Assembly: GCA_963771355.1 (NCBI GenBank)
Contig: CAVYTA010000006.1
Span: forward strand, 928,001 to 992,000
Direction: 5' to 3'
Length of the DNA stretch: 64,000 bases
Source: an uncultured Candidatus Rokubacteria bacterium
GTDB taxonomy: Bacteria; Methylomirabilota; Methylomirabilia; Rokubacteriales; CSP1-6
Below the pieces are notes generated by a model, which saw nothing but the letters and a program-made list of their open reading frames with translations, did no database searches and was not told the origin of the DNA. Both the position numbers and the translations under genes were made by a program. Within the stretch, counting starts at the first letter, position 1. Each line of letters begins with the position of its first letter. Shown piece after piece: positions 30,587 to 40,866 of the stretch.

Positions 30587-31269
30587 GTGCAGGAGGCCGA
30601 CGCGAGCCCGTGATCACCATCGACGGACCGGCGGGAGCGGGAAAGTCCACCGCGGCGCGCGAGCTCGCGCGGCGCCTGGGCTACCGGCTCCTCGACACTG
30701 GCGCGATGTACCGCGCGCTCGCGTGGGCGGTGCGCGAGGCGGGCATTCCCGCCGAGGACGGCCCCGCCCTGCGCGCCCTGCTCGAGCAAACCACGGTGGA
30801 ATTGCTCGAGGACCGGGTGCTGGTGAACGGCAAGGACGTGACGGGCGAGATCCGCACCCCCGAGGTCGGCGAGCTCACCTCGCTGCTCACCATGCTGCGC
30901 CCCGTGCGCGACAAGCTCACCCCCGTGCAGCGGGCGCTGGCCGCCCGGGGCGGGGTGGTGCTGGAGGGGCGCGACACCGGCAGCGTGGTCTGCCCTGACG
31001 CCGAGGTGAAGTTCTACCTCGACGCCGACCTGGACGCCCGGGCGCGGCGCCGCCAGGAGGAGCTGGCGGAGCGCGGCGTCCGGCTGGACCTCTCCGCGGT
31101 GCGCGCGGAAGTGGCGCGGCGCGACCGGCAGGACCGGGGGCGGGCGATCGCGCCGCTGGTTTGCCCGGCTGATGCGGTGGTGGTGGACACGACGGGACTC
31201 GGTGAGGACGTGGTGGTGGAGCGGCTCGTCGAAGCCGTGGAGCGGGCCCGATGCTCTACGAGATCTTGA
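30583..31269 (+). CDS. cmk: Cytidylate kinase
   Basis: IDGPAGAGKST, DTGAMYR, EGRDTG. Confidence 0.95.
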   Translation: MSAGGRREPVITIDGPAGAGKSTAARELARRLGYRLLDTGAMYRALAWAVREAGIPAEDGPALRALLEQTTVELLEDRVLVNGKDVTGEIRTPEVGELTSLLTMLRPVRDKLTPVQRALAARGGVVLEGRDTGSVVCPDAEVKFYLDADLDARARRRQEELAERGVRLDLSAVRAEVARRDRQDRGRAIAPLVCPADAVVVDTTGLGEDVVVERLVEAVERARCSTRS

Positions 31270-31862
31270 AGCCGATCGTGAGGCTGATCACGCTGATCAT
31301 GTGGCGGCTGGAGGTGCGCGGCGCGGAGCAGATGCCCCGGAAGGGGCCGCTTCTCCTGGTGTCGAACCACATCAGCGTGCTCGATCCCCCGCTGATCGGC
31401 GTCGTCACGCCGCGCCAGCTGACGTTCCTCGCCAAGGCGGAGCTCTTCGACATCCCGCTGCTGGGCCGATTCATCCGCGCCGTCAATGCCCGCCCCGTCC
31501 GGCGGGAGGGCAGCGACGCGCGTGCCCTCAAGGACGCGCTGCGGGTGCTCGAAGAAGGCCGCGCGCTGCTGGTATTTCCGGAGGGCACCCGGGGGACCGA
31601 GGGCGTCCTGCGCGAGGCCAAGCCCGGCGCGGGCATGCTCGCGGTGCTGAGCGGGGCGGCGGTGGTGCCCGTGTACATCACCGGGAGCGGCCGGGTCATG
31701 CCGCGCGGCGCCGCGCTCCCGCGGCCGGGCAAGGTGAGCGTCCGCTTCGGGGCGCCGTTACACTTCAAGCCCGGGATCGGGTCGGAGCGGAAGGAGACGT
31801 ATCGCGCGGCGGCGGACGAGATGATGCGGGCCATCGCGCAGCTCAAGGCGCAGGCCGCCTGA
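31251..31862 (+). CDS. plsC: 1-acyl-sn-glycerol-3-phosphate acyltransferase
   Basis: NH.S.LDP, FLAK.EL, FPEGTR. Confidence 0.88.
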   Translation: MLYEILKPIVRLITLIMWRLEVRGAEQMPRKGPLLLVSNHISVLDPPLIGVVTPRQLTFLAKAELFDIPLLGRFIRAVNARPVRREGSDARALKDALRVLEEGRALLVFPEGTRGTEGVLREAKPGAGMLAVLSGAAVVPVYITGSGRVMPRGAALPRPGKVSVRFGAPLHFKPGIGSERKETYRAAADEMMRAIAQLKAQAA

Positions 31863-31927
31863 GTCGACTGACACAGGATCCACGTAGCACTATATATAGA
31901 TAGGGATAAAGGAGGCAGTAAGGACTT

Positions 31928-33646
31928 ATGGCGAGTGACGAGCGGCAGGCGAAGGGCTTCGCGGGCGGGCAGCAGGAGGACGAGTCGCCCCCCGAGGAGA
32001 CGATGGAGTACTGGCTCTCACGCAGCGTGGGAGACATCGAGGAAGGCGAGGTCGTCCGCGGAACTGTCGTCGAGGTCCGCACCGGCGACGTGATCGTCGA
32101 CATCGGCTACAAGAGCGAGGGGGCCATCCCCATCGACGAGTTCCGGCATACCGGCGCCCCCAAGGTGGGCGACGAGATCGAGGTCTTCCTGGAGGCGAAG
32201 GAGGACTCGGAAGGCCTCATCGTCCTCTCCAAGGACAAGGCCGACAAGATCAAGGTCTGGGACCAGATCTCCAAGGCCTTCGACGCGGGCAGTCCCGTGG
32301 AGGGCCGCGTGGTGGAGGTGGTCAAGGGCGGCCTGGCGGTGGACGTGGGCGTGCGCGCCTTCCTCCCCGGCTCCCAGGTCGACCTCCGCCCGGTCAAGAA
32401 CCTCGGGTCCATGATGGGCCAGACCATCCGCGCCAAGGTGATCAAGCTCAATCGCCGCCGCGGCAACGTGGTGCTCTCGCGGCGGGCAGTGCTCGAGACC
32501 GAGCGCGAGGAGAAGAAGAAGCAGACGCTGGCCGTGCTGGGCGAGGGCATGGTCCTCACCGGGACGGTGAAGAACATCACCGACTACGGCGCCTTCATCG
32601 ACCTGGGCGGCATCGACGGGCTGCTGCACGTCACCGACATGTCCTGGGGCCGCATCGGACATCCCTCCGAGATCTTCCAGGTCGGCGACCAGGTCGAGGT
32701 GGTGGTGCTCCACTTCGACCGGGAAACCGGCCGTGTCTCCCTCGGCTACAAGCAGAAGTCCTCGGACCCGTGGGCGGTGGTGGATCAGCGGTATCCCTCG
32801 GGCGCCCGCGTGCAGGGGCGGGTGGTGAGCCTCACCAACTACGGCGCCTTCGTGGAGCTGGAGCCCGGGGTGGAGGGCCTCGTCCACGTGTCCGAGATGT
32901 CGTGGACGCGGCGGGTGCGGCACCCGTCGAAGATCGTCAACGTGGGCGACATGGTCGAGGTGCAGGTGCTGGAGGTCAACAAGGCCACCAAGCGGATCTC
33001 GCTGGGCATGAAGCAGGTCGAGGCCGATCCGTGGGAGACCATCGACGACCGCTACAAGGCGGGGATGCGCGTGCAGGGCAAGGTGCGCAACCTCACCGAC
33101 TTCGGCGCCTTCGTGGAGCTGGAGCCCGGCGTGGATGGTCTGCTCCACATCTCCGACATGTCCTGGACCCGCAATATCGGGCATCCCTCGGAGCTGCTCA
33201 AGAAGGGCCAGCCGGTGGAGACCCAGATCCTCAACGTGGACCGCGACAACAAGCGGATCTCGCTGGGGCTCAAGCAGATACAGCCCGATCCGTGGGAGTC
33301 CGTCACCCAGCGTTATCCGATGGGCTCGCGCGTCACCGGCAAAGTGGTCCGCCTCACCGACTTCGGCGCCTTCGTGGAGCTGGAGCCGGGCGTGGACGGC
33401 CTGCTGCACATCTCGCAGATGTCCAACCGGCCTATCGCCACGCCGGCCGACCTGGTCAACGTCGGCGACGAGCTCACCCTGCTGGTGATCCGGGTGGATC
33501 CCAACGAGCGGCGGATCGGACTCTCGCTCAAGGAGCTCGCGGCGGCGGTGATGCTGGACGAGCCCGCGCAGACGGATGCCGGGCGCGGCCGGGGTGCCAA
33601 GGGACGGAAGCGGCGTCAGGACGACGATTTCGAAGACGAGGAGTAG
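31928..33646 (+). CDS. rpsA: 30S ribosomal protein S1
   Basis: Six S1 repeats (YGAFVEL.PGV.GL.H.S.MS), DIGYKSEG. Confidence 0.97.
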   Translation: MASDERQAKGFAGGQQEDESPPEETMEYWLSRSVGDIEEGEVVRGTVVEVRTGDVIVDIGYKSEGAIPIDEFRHTGAPKVGDEIEVFLEAKEDSEGLIVLSKDKADKIKVWDQISKAFDAGSPVEGRVVEVVKGGLAVDVGVRAFLPGSQVDLRPVKNLGSMMGQTIRAKVIKLNRRRGNVVLSRRAVLETEREEKKKQTLAVLGEGMVLTGTVKNITDYGAFIDLGGIDGLLHVTDMSWGRIGHPSEIFQVGDQVEVVVLHFDRETGRVSLGYKQKSSDPWAVVDQRYPSGARVQGRVVSLTNYGAFVELEPGVEGLVHVSEMSWTRRVRHPSKIVNVGDMVEVQVLEVNKATKRISLGMKQVEADPWETIDDRYKAGMRVQGKVRNLTDFGAFVELEPGVDGLLHISDMSWTRNIGHPSELLKKGQPVETQILNVDRDNKRISLGLKQIQPDPWESVTQRYPMGSRVTGKVVRLTDFGAFVELEPGVDGLLHISQMSNRPIATPADLVNVGDELTLLVIRVDPNERRIGLSLKELAAAVMLDEPAQTDAGRGRGAKGRKRRQDDDFEDEE

Positions 33647-33659
33647 GAGGAGGTAGCGA

Positions 33660-34550
33660 GTGGCGTCACGCGCGCGCAGCCTGCTGCTGGGCACGGGCCT
33701 GGCGGTGGGGCTGCTCCTGGCTTTTCTCGTCACCGTCTGGGTGCTCATGGCGGTGCTCGAGGATGGGTCGCTGCCCGGCGGGGCACGGATCGCGGTGGTG
33801 GAGATCGAGGGCATCATCCTCGACGGCGATCAGGCGGTGCGCGAGCTGCGGGAGCATGCCGACAACCCCGCCATCAAGGCGGTGGTCGTCCGGGTCAATA
33901 GCCCGGGCGGGGTGGTGGGACCCACCCAGGAGATCGTGTCGGGCATGGAGCGGGTGCGGAAGGCGGGCAAGCCGGTGGTCGCCTCCTTCGGCGCGGTGGC
34001 GGCATCGGGCGGGTACTACATCGGCACCGCCGCCGACCGCATCTTTGCCAATCCCGGTACGCTCACCGGCTCCATCGGCGTCATCATGCAGATGGCCAAC
34101 GTCGAGGGCCTGCTCAAGAAGGCGGGCGTCGACTACGTCGTGATCAAGGCGGGGGCCTACAAGGACGTGGGGAACTTCTCCCGCGCCATGACCCCCGAGG
34201 AGCGTCGCATCCTGCAGGCGCTGCTCGACGACGTCTACGGGCAGTTCGTGGCCGCGGTGGTCAAGGGCCGCGGACTCGACGAGGGCACCGTGCGCACCTT
34301 CGCCGACGGGCGCATCTACTCCGGCCAGCAGGCGCATGCGCTCAAGATGGTGGACGAGCTGGGCGGCTTCGAGGACGCGGTGGAAGCCGCCGCCAAGCTC
34401 GCCGGCATCCCGGGCAAGCCCAAGGTCATCTTCCCGCGGCGAAAGTTCTCGTTCTCGGATCTGCTGCGCGGACAGCTCGGTCTAGGCGCTCCCGCGGGGC
34501 TCCTGCCGGCGCTCCCGTCCCTCCGGACACCGCTCTACCTGATGTACTAG
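33660..34550 (+). CDS. sppA: Signal peptide peptidase SppA (short form)
   Basis: N-terminal TM, NSPGG, AASGGYY, TGSIGV, YKD. Confidence 0.93.
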   Translation: MASRARSLLLGTGLAVGLLLAFLVTVWVLMAVLEDGSLPGGARIAVVEIEGIILDGDQAVRELREHADNPAIKAVVVRVNSPGGVVGPTQEIVSGMERVRKAGKPVVASFGAVAASGGYYIGTAADRIFANPGTLTGSIGVIMQMANVEGLLKKAGVDYVVIKAGAYKDVGNFSRAMTPEERRILQALLDDVYGQFVAAVVKGRGLDEGTVRTFADGRIYSGQQAHALKMVDELGGFEDAVEAAAKLAGIPGKPKVIFPRRKFSFSDLLRGQLGLGAPAGLLPALPSLRTPLYLMY

Positions 34551-34593
34551 CCGGAAGGGTCCCGGAGGGGTGACCCCTAACCCCTCAACCTTC

Positions 34594-34623
34594 TTGACAA
34601 TCTTTCGACCAGCATGCTAGCGT
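34594..34623 (+). promoter_or_regulatory. Putative promoter for ihfB
   Basis: TTGACA at 34594-99 and extended -10 TGcTAGCGT. Confidence 0.45.
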
Positions 34624-34705
34624 GACGCCAGAATCCTAGCCATCCTGATCGGCGTGTGCCTGTCGGGCTGGCGAGACGGTCGCCGAGACGGGGGGGTGTC
34701 AGGTC

Positions 34706-34981
34706 ATGACCAAAGCGGATCTCATCGACGAAGTCTCGAGGGTATCCAGCCTCACCAAGAAGGAGACGGAGACCATCGTCAATACCGTCTTCGACAACAT
34801 CACCGATGCCCTCGCCAAGGGGGACAAGGTGGAGCTGCGCGGGTTCGGCAGCTTCAGGATCCGACACCGGAATTCCCGCAAGGGACGCAATCCAAAAACC
34901 GGTGACGCGGTGAGCGTGCCCGAGAAGCGCGTGCCTTTCTTCAAGGTCGGCAAGCGGCTCCGCGAGCTCGTCAACACCTAG
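34706..34981 (+). CDS. ihfB: IHF beta / HU family DNA-binding protein
   Basis: MTKADLI, VELRGFGSF, GRNPKTG; follows rpsA-sppA. Confidence 0.88.
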   Translation: MTKADLIDEVSRVSSLTKKETETIVNTVFDNITDALAKGDKVELRGFGSFRIRHRNSRKGRNPKTGDAVSVPEKRVPFFKVGKRLRELVNT

Positions 34982-34990
34982 CCCTGTCGC

Positions 34991-35476
34991 GTGGACCGTC
35001 TGTGGGCACCATGGCGGATGGGTTACGTGACTTCCGCCGGGGCGCCCGACGCCCCCTGTGTCTTCTGCTCCGCTCTCGCCGCCGGTGACGATCGGCGGGC
35101 CCTGATTCTCCGCCGCGGTCAGCGCGCCTTCCTCATCCTCAACGCATTCCCCTACGCCACCGGCCACCTCATGGCCATGCCCATCCGGCATGTGGCCACG
35201 GTGGAGGACGCCACCGCCGACGAGCTGACCGAGACCATGACCCTCGTCCAGGAGAGCGTTCGCGCGCTCAACGTCGGCTACAAGCCGGACGGCTTCAATA
35301 TCGGGTTGAACCAGGGGCGGATCGCGGGAGCGGGGGTGCTCGGGCACGTGCACACTCACGTGGTCCCGCGCTGGAACGGCGACACGAATTTCATGCCCGT
35401 CATCGCCGACACCAAGGTCCTGTCCGAGTCCCTCGAGACCACCTACGACCGCCTGACGGCCCTGCTCCGCGCGTGA
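34991..35476 (+). CDS. HIT-family hydrolase (Ap4A phosphorylase/hydrolase-like)
   Basis: LWAPWR, CVFC, N.FPY..GH, HVHTHVVPRW.GD. Confidence 0.9.
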   Translation: MDRLWAPWRMGYVTSAGAPDAPCVFCSALAAGDDRRALILRRGQRAFLILNAFPYATGHLMAMPIRHVATVEDATADELTETMTLVQESVRALNVGYKPDGFNIGLNQGRIAGAGVLGHVHTHVVPRWNGDTNFMPVIADTKVLSESLETTYDRLTALLRA

Positions 35477-38094
35477 CGGACGCTCGCCCCACCGAGCTCA
35501 CGCCCATGATGCAGCAGTACCGCGAGCTGAAGCGCCGCTACCCGGACTATCTCCTGCTGTTCCGGCTGGGCGACTTCTACGAGATGTTCGCCGAGGATGC
35601 CCACCTGGGGGCCCGGCTCCTGCAGATCACGCTCACCGCGCGGCAGGCGACGCCCATGGCCGGCATCCCGCATCACGCGGCCGACACCTATATCGCCCGG
35701 CTCATTCGCCAGGGCCAGAAGGTGGCGGTGTGCGAGCAGATGGAGGCGGCGGGCCCCGGCAAGAAGCTCGTGCGGCGTGAGGTGGTGCGCGTCATCACGC
35801 CCGGCACGCTCACCGACACGCAGATGCTGGACGGCGCCGCCAGCAATTTTCTCCTGGCCGTCCATCGTGACCGCGGGCACGGGGGCGGCACGCTCGGCAT
35901 CGCCCTCGCGGAGGTGTCGACCGGCGAGTTCTGGGCCGGGGAGGACACGGGGCCGGGGGACGGGCTCCTGGAGGCCGCGCTGCTGCGCCGGCCCGCGGAG
36001 ATTCTCGTCAGCGGCGAGGGTGACGAGGCGCTGCGCCGCGCGCTGGCCGCGCGGGGCGTCCCGCTCACGCTGGGCGACCCCGCCTGGTTCCGGCGCGAGC
36101 CGGCCCGAGAGCGCCTGCGGGCCCACTTCAGCGGCGAGAGCCTGGATGGATTCGGCGTGGGCGGGCTGGGGGTCGGGTTGCAGGCCGCGGGCGCGGCGCT
36201 GGCGTATCTGCGCGAGACGCAGGGCGATCGGCTCGGCCATCTCACGCGTCTCCTGCGCTTCCGTGCGGATGACGCGCTGGGGCTGGACCAGACCGCGGTG
36301 ACCACCCTCGAGCTCTTCGAGACCGCCCAGGAGCGCGCGGTACAGGGCTCCCTGATCGGGCTCCTCGACGCCACGCGCACGCCCATGGGCGCGCGCGCCC
36401 TGCGCCAGTGGCTGCTGCGGCCCCTGCGCGACGTGACCGCCATCACGCGGCGCCAGGAGGCGGTGGGAGCGCTCGTCGACGCGCCGGAGGCGCGCGCGGC
36501 CCTACGCGCGAGCCTCGAGGGGATCGGCGACATCGAGCGCCTGGCCAGTCGCGCCGCGCTGGGCGTCGCGCACGCCCGCGACCTGGTCGGGCTGCGCGCG
36601 TCACTACGCGGGCTCCCCGCGCTGCGCGAGACGCTCGGCCCGCTGGCGTCGCCCCTCTGCACCGAGCTCGCCTTGGAGGTGGCCGCGCTGCCCGACCTGG
36701 CGCGGCTCCTCGAGGAAGCGCTCGAGGACGAGCCGCCGCGGGAGCTCCGGGAGGGTGGGCTCATCCGGGCGGCCTGGAGCGCCGACCTCGCCGAGCTGCG
36801 CCGCGCCGCCCGGGATGCGAAGGCGTGGATCGCCTCGCTGGAAGGCCGCGAGCGGGCGCGAACCGGCATCCCTTCGCTGCGCGTGCGCTTCAATCGCGTC
36901 TTCGGCTACTCCATCGAGGTGAGCAACACGCACGCGGCCAAGGTCCCCCCCGACTACGTGCGGCGGCAAACCCTCGTGGGCGCGGAGCGCTACGTCACCA
37001 CCGAGCTCAAGGAGTACGAGAGCCGCGCGCTGGGCGCGGAGGAGCGCATGGCGGCGCTCGAGTTCGAGCTCTTCGTCGAGATCCGCGCCCGCGTGGCCGC
37101 GCAGGCGGAGACGCTCCTGCGCACCGCACGCGCGGTGGCCGCGCTGGACGCGCTCACCGCGCTGGGTGAAGTGGCGCATCTCCGCGCCTGGGTGCGCCCC
37201 GTGGTGGACGAGAGCCGCCGGCTCGAGATCACCGGAGGCCGGCATCCCGTCATCGAGGCGGCGGGCACGGGCGCCTTCACGCCCAATGACGTGAGCCTCG
37301 ATCCCGACGGCACCCAGATCGTCATCCTCACCGGGCCGAACATGAGCGGGAAGAGCGTCTTCATGCGGCAGACCGCGCTCCTCGTGATCCTGGCCCAGCT
37401 CGGGAGCTTCGTCCCCGCCGCCTCCGCGCGCATCGGGCTGGTGGACCGAATTCTCACGCGCGTGGGCGCCCAGGACAATGTCACCCGCGGGCAGAGCACC
37501 TTTCTCGTGGAGATGGTCGAGACCGCCAGCATCCTCCACAACGCCACCGCCCGAAGCCTGGTGCTCCTGGATGAAGTGGGGCGAGGGACCTCCACCCTCG
37601 ATGGGCTCGCCATCGCCTGGGCGGTGACGGAGGCGCTGCACGAGGGCGCGCACGGGGCGAAGGTGCTCTTCGCCACCCACTACCACGAGCTCACCGCGCT
37701 GGCGGACCGGCTGCCGCGGGTCCGGAACTTCCACGTGGCGGTCCGGGAGTGGAACGAGGAGATCATCTTTCTCCACACCGTGCGGCCCGGCGGCACCGAT
37801 CGCTCCTATGGCATCCAGGTGGCGCGGCTGGCCGGGCTGCCCGCGGCCGTGGTGGCCCGGGCCAAGGCCATCCTGGGCGAGCTGGAGAGCGAGCGGGCGG
37901 CGCTGACCGCGGCCGGCGCGCTGACTGCCTCCGCGACCGGGGGGTTCGAGCCCGTGCAGCTCGGCCTGTTTCCACCCGGCGGCGATCCCATCCTCAAGGA
38001 TATCGCCGCGCTCGACATCGGGACCCTGACGCCGCTCGCGGCGCTCAACCTCCTGGCGGAGTGGCAGCGCACGCTCCGGGAGCGCCCCGCGTGA
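35473..38094 (+). CDS. mutS: DNA mismatch repair protein MutS
   Basis: TPMMQQY, GDFYEMF, TGPNMSGKS, STFLVEM, DEVGRGTS, ATHYHEL. Confidence 0.97.
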   Translation: MTDARPTELTPMMQQYRELKRRYPDYLLLFRLGDFYEMFAEDAHLGARLLQITLTARQATPMAGIPHHAADTYIARLIRQGQKVAVCEQMEAAGPGKKLVRREVVRVITPGTLTDTQMLDGAASNFLLAVHRDRGHGGGTLGIALAEVSTGEFWAGEDTGPGDGLLEAALLRRPAEILVSGEGDEALRRALAARGVPLTLGDPAWFRREPARERLRAHFSGESLDGFGVGGLGVGLQAAGAALAYLRETQGDRLGHLTRLLRFRADDALGLDQTAVTTLELFETAQERAVQGSLIGLLDATRTPMGARALRQWLLRPLRDVTAITRRQEAVGALVDAPEARAALRASLEGIGDIERLASRAALGVAHARDLVGLRASLRGLPALRETLGPLASPLCTELALEVAALPDLARLLEEALEDEPPRELREGGLIRAAWSADLAELRRAARDAKAWIASLEGRERARTGIPSLRVRFNRVFGYSIEVSNTHAAKVPPDYVRRQTLVGAERYVTTELKEYESRALGAEERMAALEFELFVEIRARVAAQAETLLRTARAVAALDALTALGEVAHLRAWVRPVVDESRRLEITGGRHPVIEAAGTGAFTPNDVSLDPDGTQIVILTGPNMSGKSVFMRQTALLVILAQLGSFVPAASARIGLVDRILTRVGAQDNVTRGQSTFLVEMVETASILHNATARSLVLLDEVGRGTSTLDGLAIAWAVTEALHEGAHGAKVLFATHYHELTALADRLPRVRNFHVAVREWNEEIIFLHTVRPGGTDRSYGIQVARLAGLPAAVVARAKAILGELESERAALTAAGALTASATGGFEPVQLGLFPPGGDPILKDIAALDIGTLTPLAALNLLAEWQRTLRERPA

Positions 38095-39809
38095 GCCGGA
38101 TCAAGCTACTGTCCGAGCACCTGGTGAACAAGATCGCCGCCGGCGAGGTGGTCGAGCGCCCGGCCTCCGTGGTCAAGGAGCTGGTGGAGAACGCGCTCGA
38201 CGCGGAAGCCACTCATATCACGGTGGATCTCCGTGATGCCGGCCGCCAGCTCATCCGCGTGCGCGACGACGGCGTGGGAATGACCGCGGAGGAGCTCGGC
38301 TGGGCGCTCACGCGACACGCGACCTCCAAGATCGCCACCGAGGCGGACCTCGACGCCATCCAGACGCTCGGCTTCCGCGGCGAGGCCTTGCCCGCGATCT
38401 GCGCGGTGAGCCGCTTCTCGCTGCTCTCCTGCGCCAAGGGCGCCGTCGAGGGGGCGCTGCTGCGCGGCGAGGGCGGGGCGGCCGAGGTGCCCCTGGCGGT
38501 CGCCGCGCCCACCGGCACCACGGTGGAAGTGGGCGACCTCTTCTTCAATACGCCCGCGCGGCTCAAGTTCCTCAAGGCGGCGCGCACCGAGCTGGCGCTG
38601 GCTCTGCGCCTGCTCCAGGGCATCGCCCTGGCCCATCCCGATCTCCACCTGGCGGTGACGCACGACGGGCGCCCCGCGCTGACTGCGCCCCGGGCCAAGA
38701 GCCTGCGCGACCGCGTGGGCGCCATCTACGGCTGGGAGGTCGCGGGCAAGATGCTCGAGCTTCGCCACGCCGCCGGCGGCCTGGCCCTGGTGGGTCTCGT
38801 CGCGCCGCCGCAGGCCGCGCGCGCCAGCCGCGAGGAGATGACGTGGGTGGTGAACGGGCGGCCCGTGCGCGACACCCTTCTCACCCAAACTCTGCTCGAC
38901 GCCTATCGACCGCTGCTCGCCCGTGACCAGTACCCCGTGTCCGTGATCTGGATCGACCTGCCGCCGCAGGAGCTGGACGTCAATGTCCACCCCACCAAGG
39001 CCTGGGTGCGCTTCCGCTCGCCCCGATCCGTCCAGGAGGCGCTCTACGTCGCGGCGCACGCGGCGCTTCGCGCCGCCGAGGTGGTCCAGCGCCAGGGAGG
39101 CGTCGGGCCGGTGGGCGTCCCGGATCCCGCGGCCCCCGTGGGGGCGGGGAGCACGGTGGTCACCGCAGACGGTGCGCCCGCCGCCAGTCAGCCCGGCCTC
39201 TTCCACGAGGCGGCCGCACCCTTCGGCCGCGAGCTCTTCGGCACCGTGGTGGGCCAGCTCCAGGACACCTTCGTCGTGGCGGCCACCGACGAGGAGGTGT
39301 TCTTCGTGGACCAGCACGTGGCCCACGAGCGCGTGCTCTTCGAGCGGCTGGAGGCCGATCTGGCGGCGGCGCCGCTGGCCTCCCAGGACCTGCTCTTCCC
39401 GGAGACGCTCGAGCTGCCGCCCGGCCAGCGGGAGCTACTCGCCGAGTGGGCCCCCACGCTCGAGCGGCTGGGCTTCGCGCTGGAGGGCTGGAGCGGCGCC
39501 ACCTGTCTCGTCCGCGCGGTGCCCGCGCTCCTCGCCCGGCGGGAGCCCCGGCGCCTCATCACGCGCATGCTCGAGGAGCTGGCCAGCCCCGGCAAGGAGG
39601 GCGCGGCCCCGCAGCTCGACCGCGCGCTGGCCTTCATCGCCTGCCGCGCCGCCATCAAGGCACCGGCGCCGCTCGAGCGCGAGGAGATGCGCCGGCTCTT
39701 GAGCGACCTCTCCGCCACGCGCACGCCGTATTTCTGCCCCCACGGGCGGCCCATCGTCTCGCGTTTGTCGCTCCGCGAAATCCGGAAAGAGCTTCGCCGA
39801 ACATGGTAG
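38091..39809 (+). CDS. mutL: DNA mismatch repair endonuclease MutL
   Basis: KIAAGEVVERP, GFRGEAL, DVNVHPTK, DQHVAHER, ACR, CPHGRP. Confidence 0.96.
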   Translation: MSRIKLLSEHLVNKIAAGEVVERPASVVKELVENALDAEATHITVDLRDAGRQLIRVRDDGVGMTAEELGWALTRHATSKIATEADLDAIQTLGFRGEALPAICAVSRFSLLSCAKGAVEGALLRGEGGAAEVPLAVAAPTGTTVEVGDLFFNTPARLKFLKAARTELALALRLLQGIALAHPDLHLAVTHDGRPALTAPRAKSLRDRVGAIYGWEVAGKMLELRHAAGGLALVGLVAPPQAARASREEMTWVVNGRPVRDTLLTQTLLDAYRPLLARDQYPVSVIWIDLPPQELDVNVHPTKAWVRFRSPRSVQEALYVAAHAALRAAEVVQRQGGVGPVGVPDPAAPVGAGSTVVTADGAPAASQPGLFHEAAAPFGRELFGTVVGQLQDTFVVAATDEEVFFVDQHVAHERVLFERLEADLAAAPLASQDLLFPETLELPPGQRELLAEWAPTLERLGFALEGWSGATCLVRAVPALLARREPRRLITRMLEELASPGKEGAAPQLDRALAFIACRAAIKAPAPLEREEMRRLLSDLSATRTPYFCPHGRPIVSRLSLREIRKELRRTW

Positions 39810-39919
39810 TGCGAGCCGCAGCCGAAGGCGAGGCGAGCGAAATTGAAGAGTGCAGTTCGCCGAGCGGAGCGAGGCGTGCGAGCCGCAGCCGAAGGCGAGG
39901 CGAGCAATATTGAAGAATG
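39809..39919. repeat. Two-copy direct repeat, 44 bp, period 67 (REP-like)
   Basis: GTGCGAGCCGCAGCCGAAGGCGAGGCGAGC identical at 39809-38 and 39876-905; 41/44 identity including the downstream ATTGAAGA. Confidence 0.85.
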
Positions 39920-40866
39920 AGGAAGGTGCGCCGCACCCTCCGCTCCTCGTCCTCGTCGGGCCCACCGCGGTGGGAAAGACCGACGTGGCCGTGCGTCTGG
40001 CCGCCCGTCTGCGTCTCGAGGCCGTGAACGCGGATTCCCGCCAGGTCTATCGCGGCATGGACATCGGCACCGGCAAGCCCACCGCGGGCGAGCGCGCGGC
40101 GCTGCCCCATCACGTGATCGACGTGGTGGATCCCGCCGAGCGCTACCACGCCGCCCGCTTCCGCCGGGACGCGCTCGAGGCCATCGCCGGCATCCGGGCT
40201 CGGGGACGGCTGCCGGTGGTGGTGGGCGGCACCGGACTCTACGTCCGCGCCCTCCTCAAGGGTCTGCACCCGGCGCCGCCCGCGGATCCCGCGGTCAGGG
40301 GCGAGCTCGAAGCGTTCGCCGCCGCCCAGGGATCCGAGGCCCTCCATCAGCGCCTGGCCGAGCGCGATCCGGCAGCGGCAGCACGCCTGCATCCGCGAGA
40401 TCGGGTCCGGCTCGTCCGGGCGCTGGAGGTCCTCACCCTGGGCGGACCGGGTTCCGAGCCGGCCGACTGGGGCTCGGCGGTGCCCCCGTTTCGACTGCTC
40501 ATGGTAGGCCTCCGCCAGTCGCGCGAGGCGCTGGGCCGGCGGATCGCGGATCGGGTGCGCGCCATGGTGGCCCGTGGGATGATGAGCGAGGTGAAGGGGC
40601 TCCTCGAAGCAGGGTATGATGAAGCGCTTCCCGCCATGGGGGGCATTGGCTACCGGCAGTTCTGCGCGGTACTCCGGGGCGACATGACGGAGGCCGAGGC
40701 GACTCGGCTGATGATCCGGGACACCACCCGCTACGCCAAGCGCCAGATGACCTGGTTCGCGCGCGATCCCGAGGTGCGCTGGCTGGACGTGGACGCGGTG
40801 GGTGGGCTCGACGGGGCGGCTCGGGCGGTGCAGACGCTGGCAACGGAGGAGGGAGTGACGGAGTGA
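39910..40866 (+). CDS. miaA: tRNA dimethylallyltransferase (start uncertain: TTG 39910 or GTG 39850)
   Basis: GPTAVGKT, DSRQVYRGMDIGTGK, GGTGLY, IGY, YAKRQ.TWF. Confidence 0.94.
   Translation: MKNEEGAPHPPLLVLVGPTAVGKTDVAVRLAARLRLEAVNADSRQVYRGMDIGTGKPTAGERAALPHHVIDVVDPAERYHAARFRRDALEAIAGIRARGRLPVVVGGTGLYVRALLKGLHPAPPADPAVRGELEAFAAAQGSEALHQRLAERDPAAAARLHPRDRVRLVRALEVLTLGGPGSEPADWGSAVPPFRLLMVGLRQSREALGRRIADRVRAMVARGMMSEVKGLLEAGYDEALPAMGGIGYRQFCAVLRGDMTEAEATRLMIRDTTRYAKRQMTWFARDPEVRWLDVDAVGGLDGAARAVQTLATEEGVTE

Noticed and set aside
32560..33420. Recurrent DNA repeats (TTCGGCGCCTTCGTGGAGCTGGAGCC)
   Set aside because: These are the internal S1 domain repeats of rpsA, not a DGR or mobile repeat.
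28289..33817. Long minus-strand ORFs (715 aa, 599 aa) and the many other antisense or alternate-frame ORFs across 1-51 kb
   Set aside because: They are shadows of well-supported + strand genes in high-GC DNA, with no motifs and biased composition.
39809..39919. CRISPR array
   Set aside because: Only two repeat copies, the linker resembles the repeat, and there is no leader or cas gene in the window.
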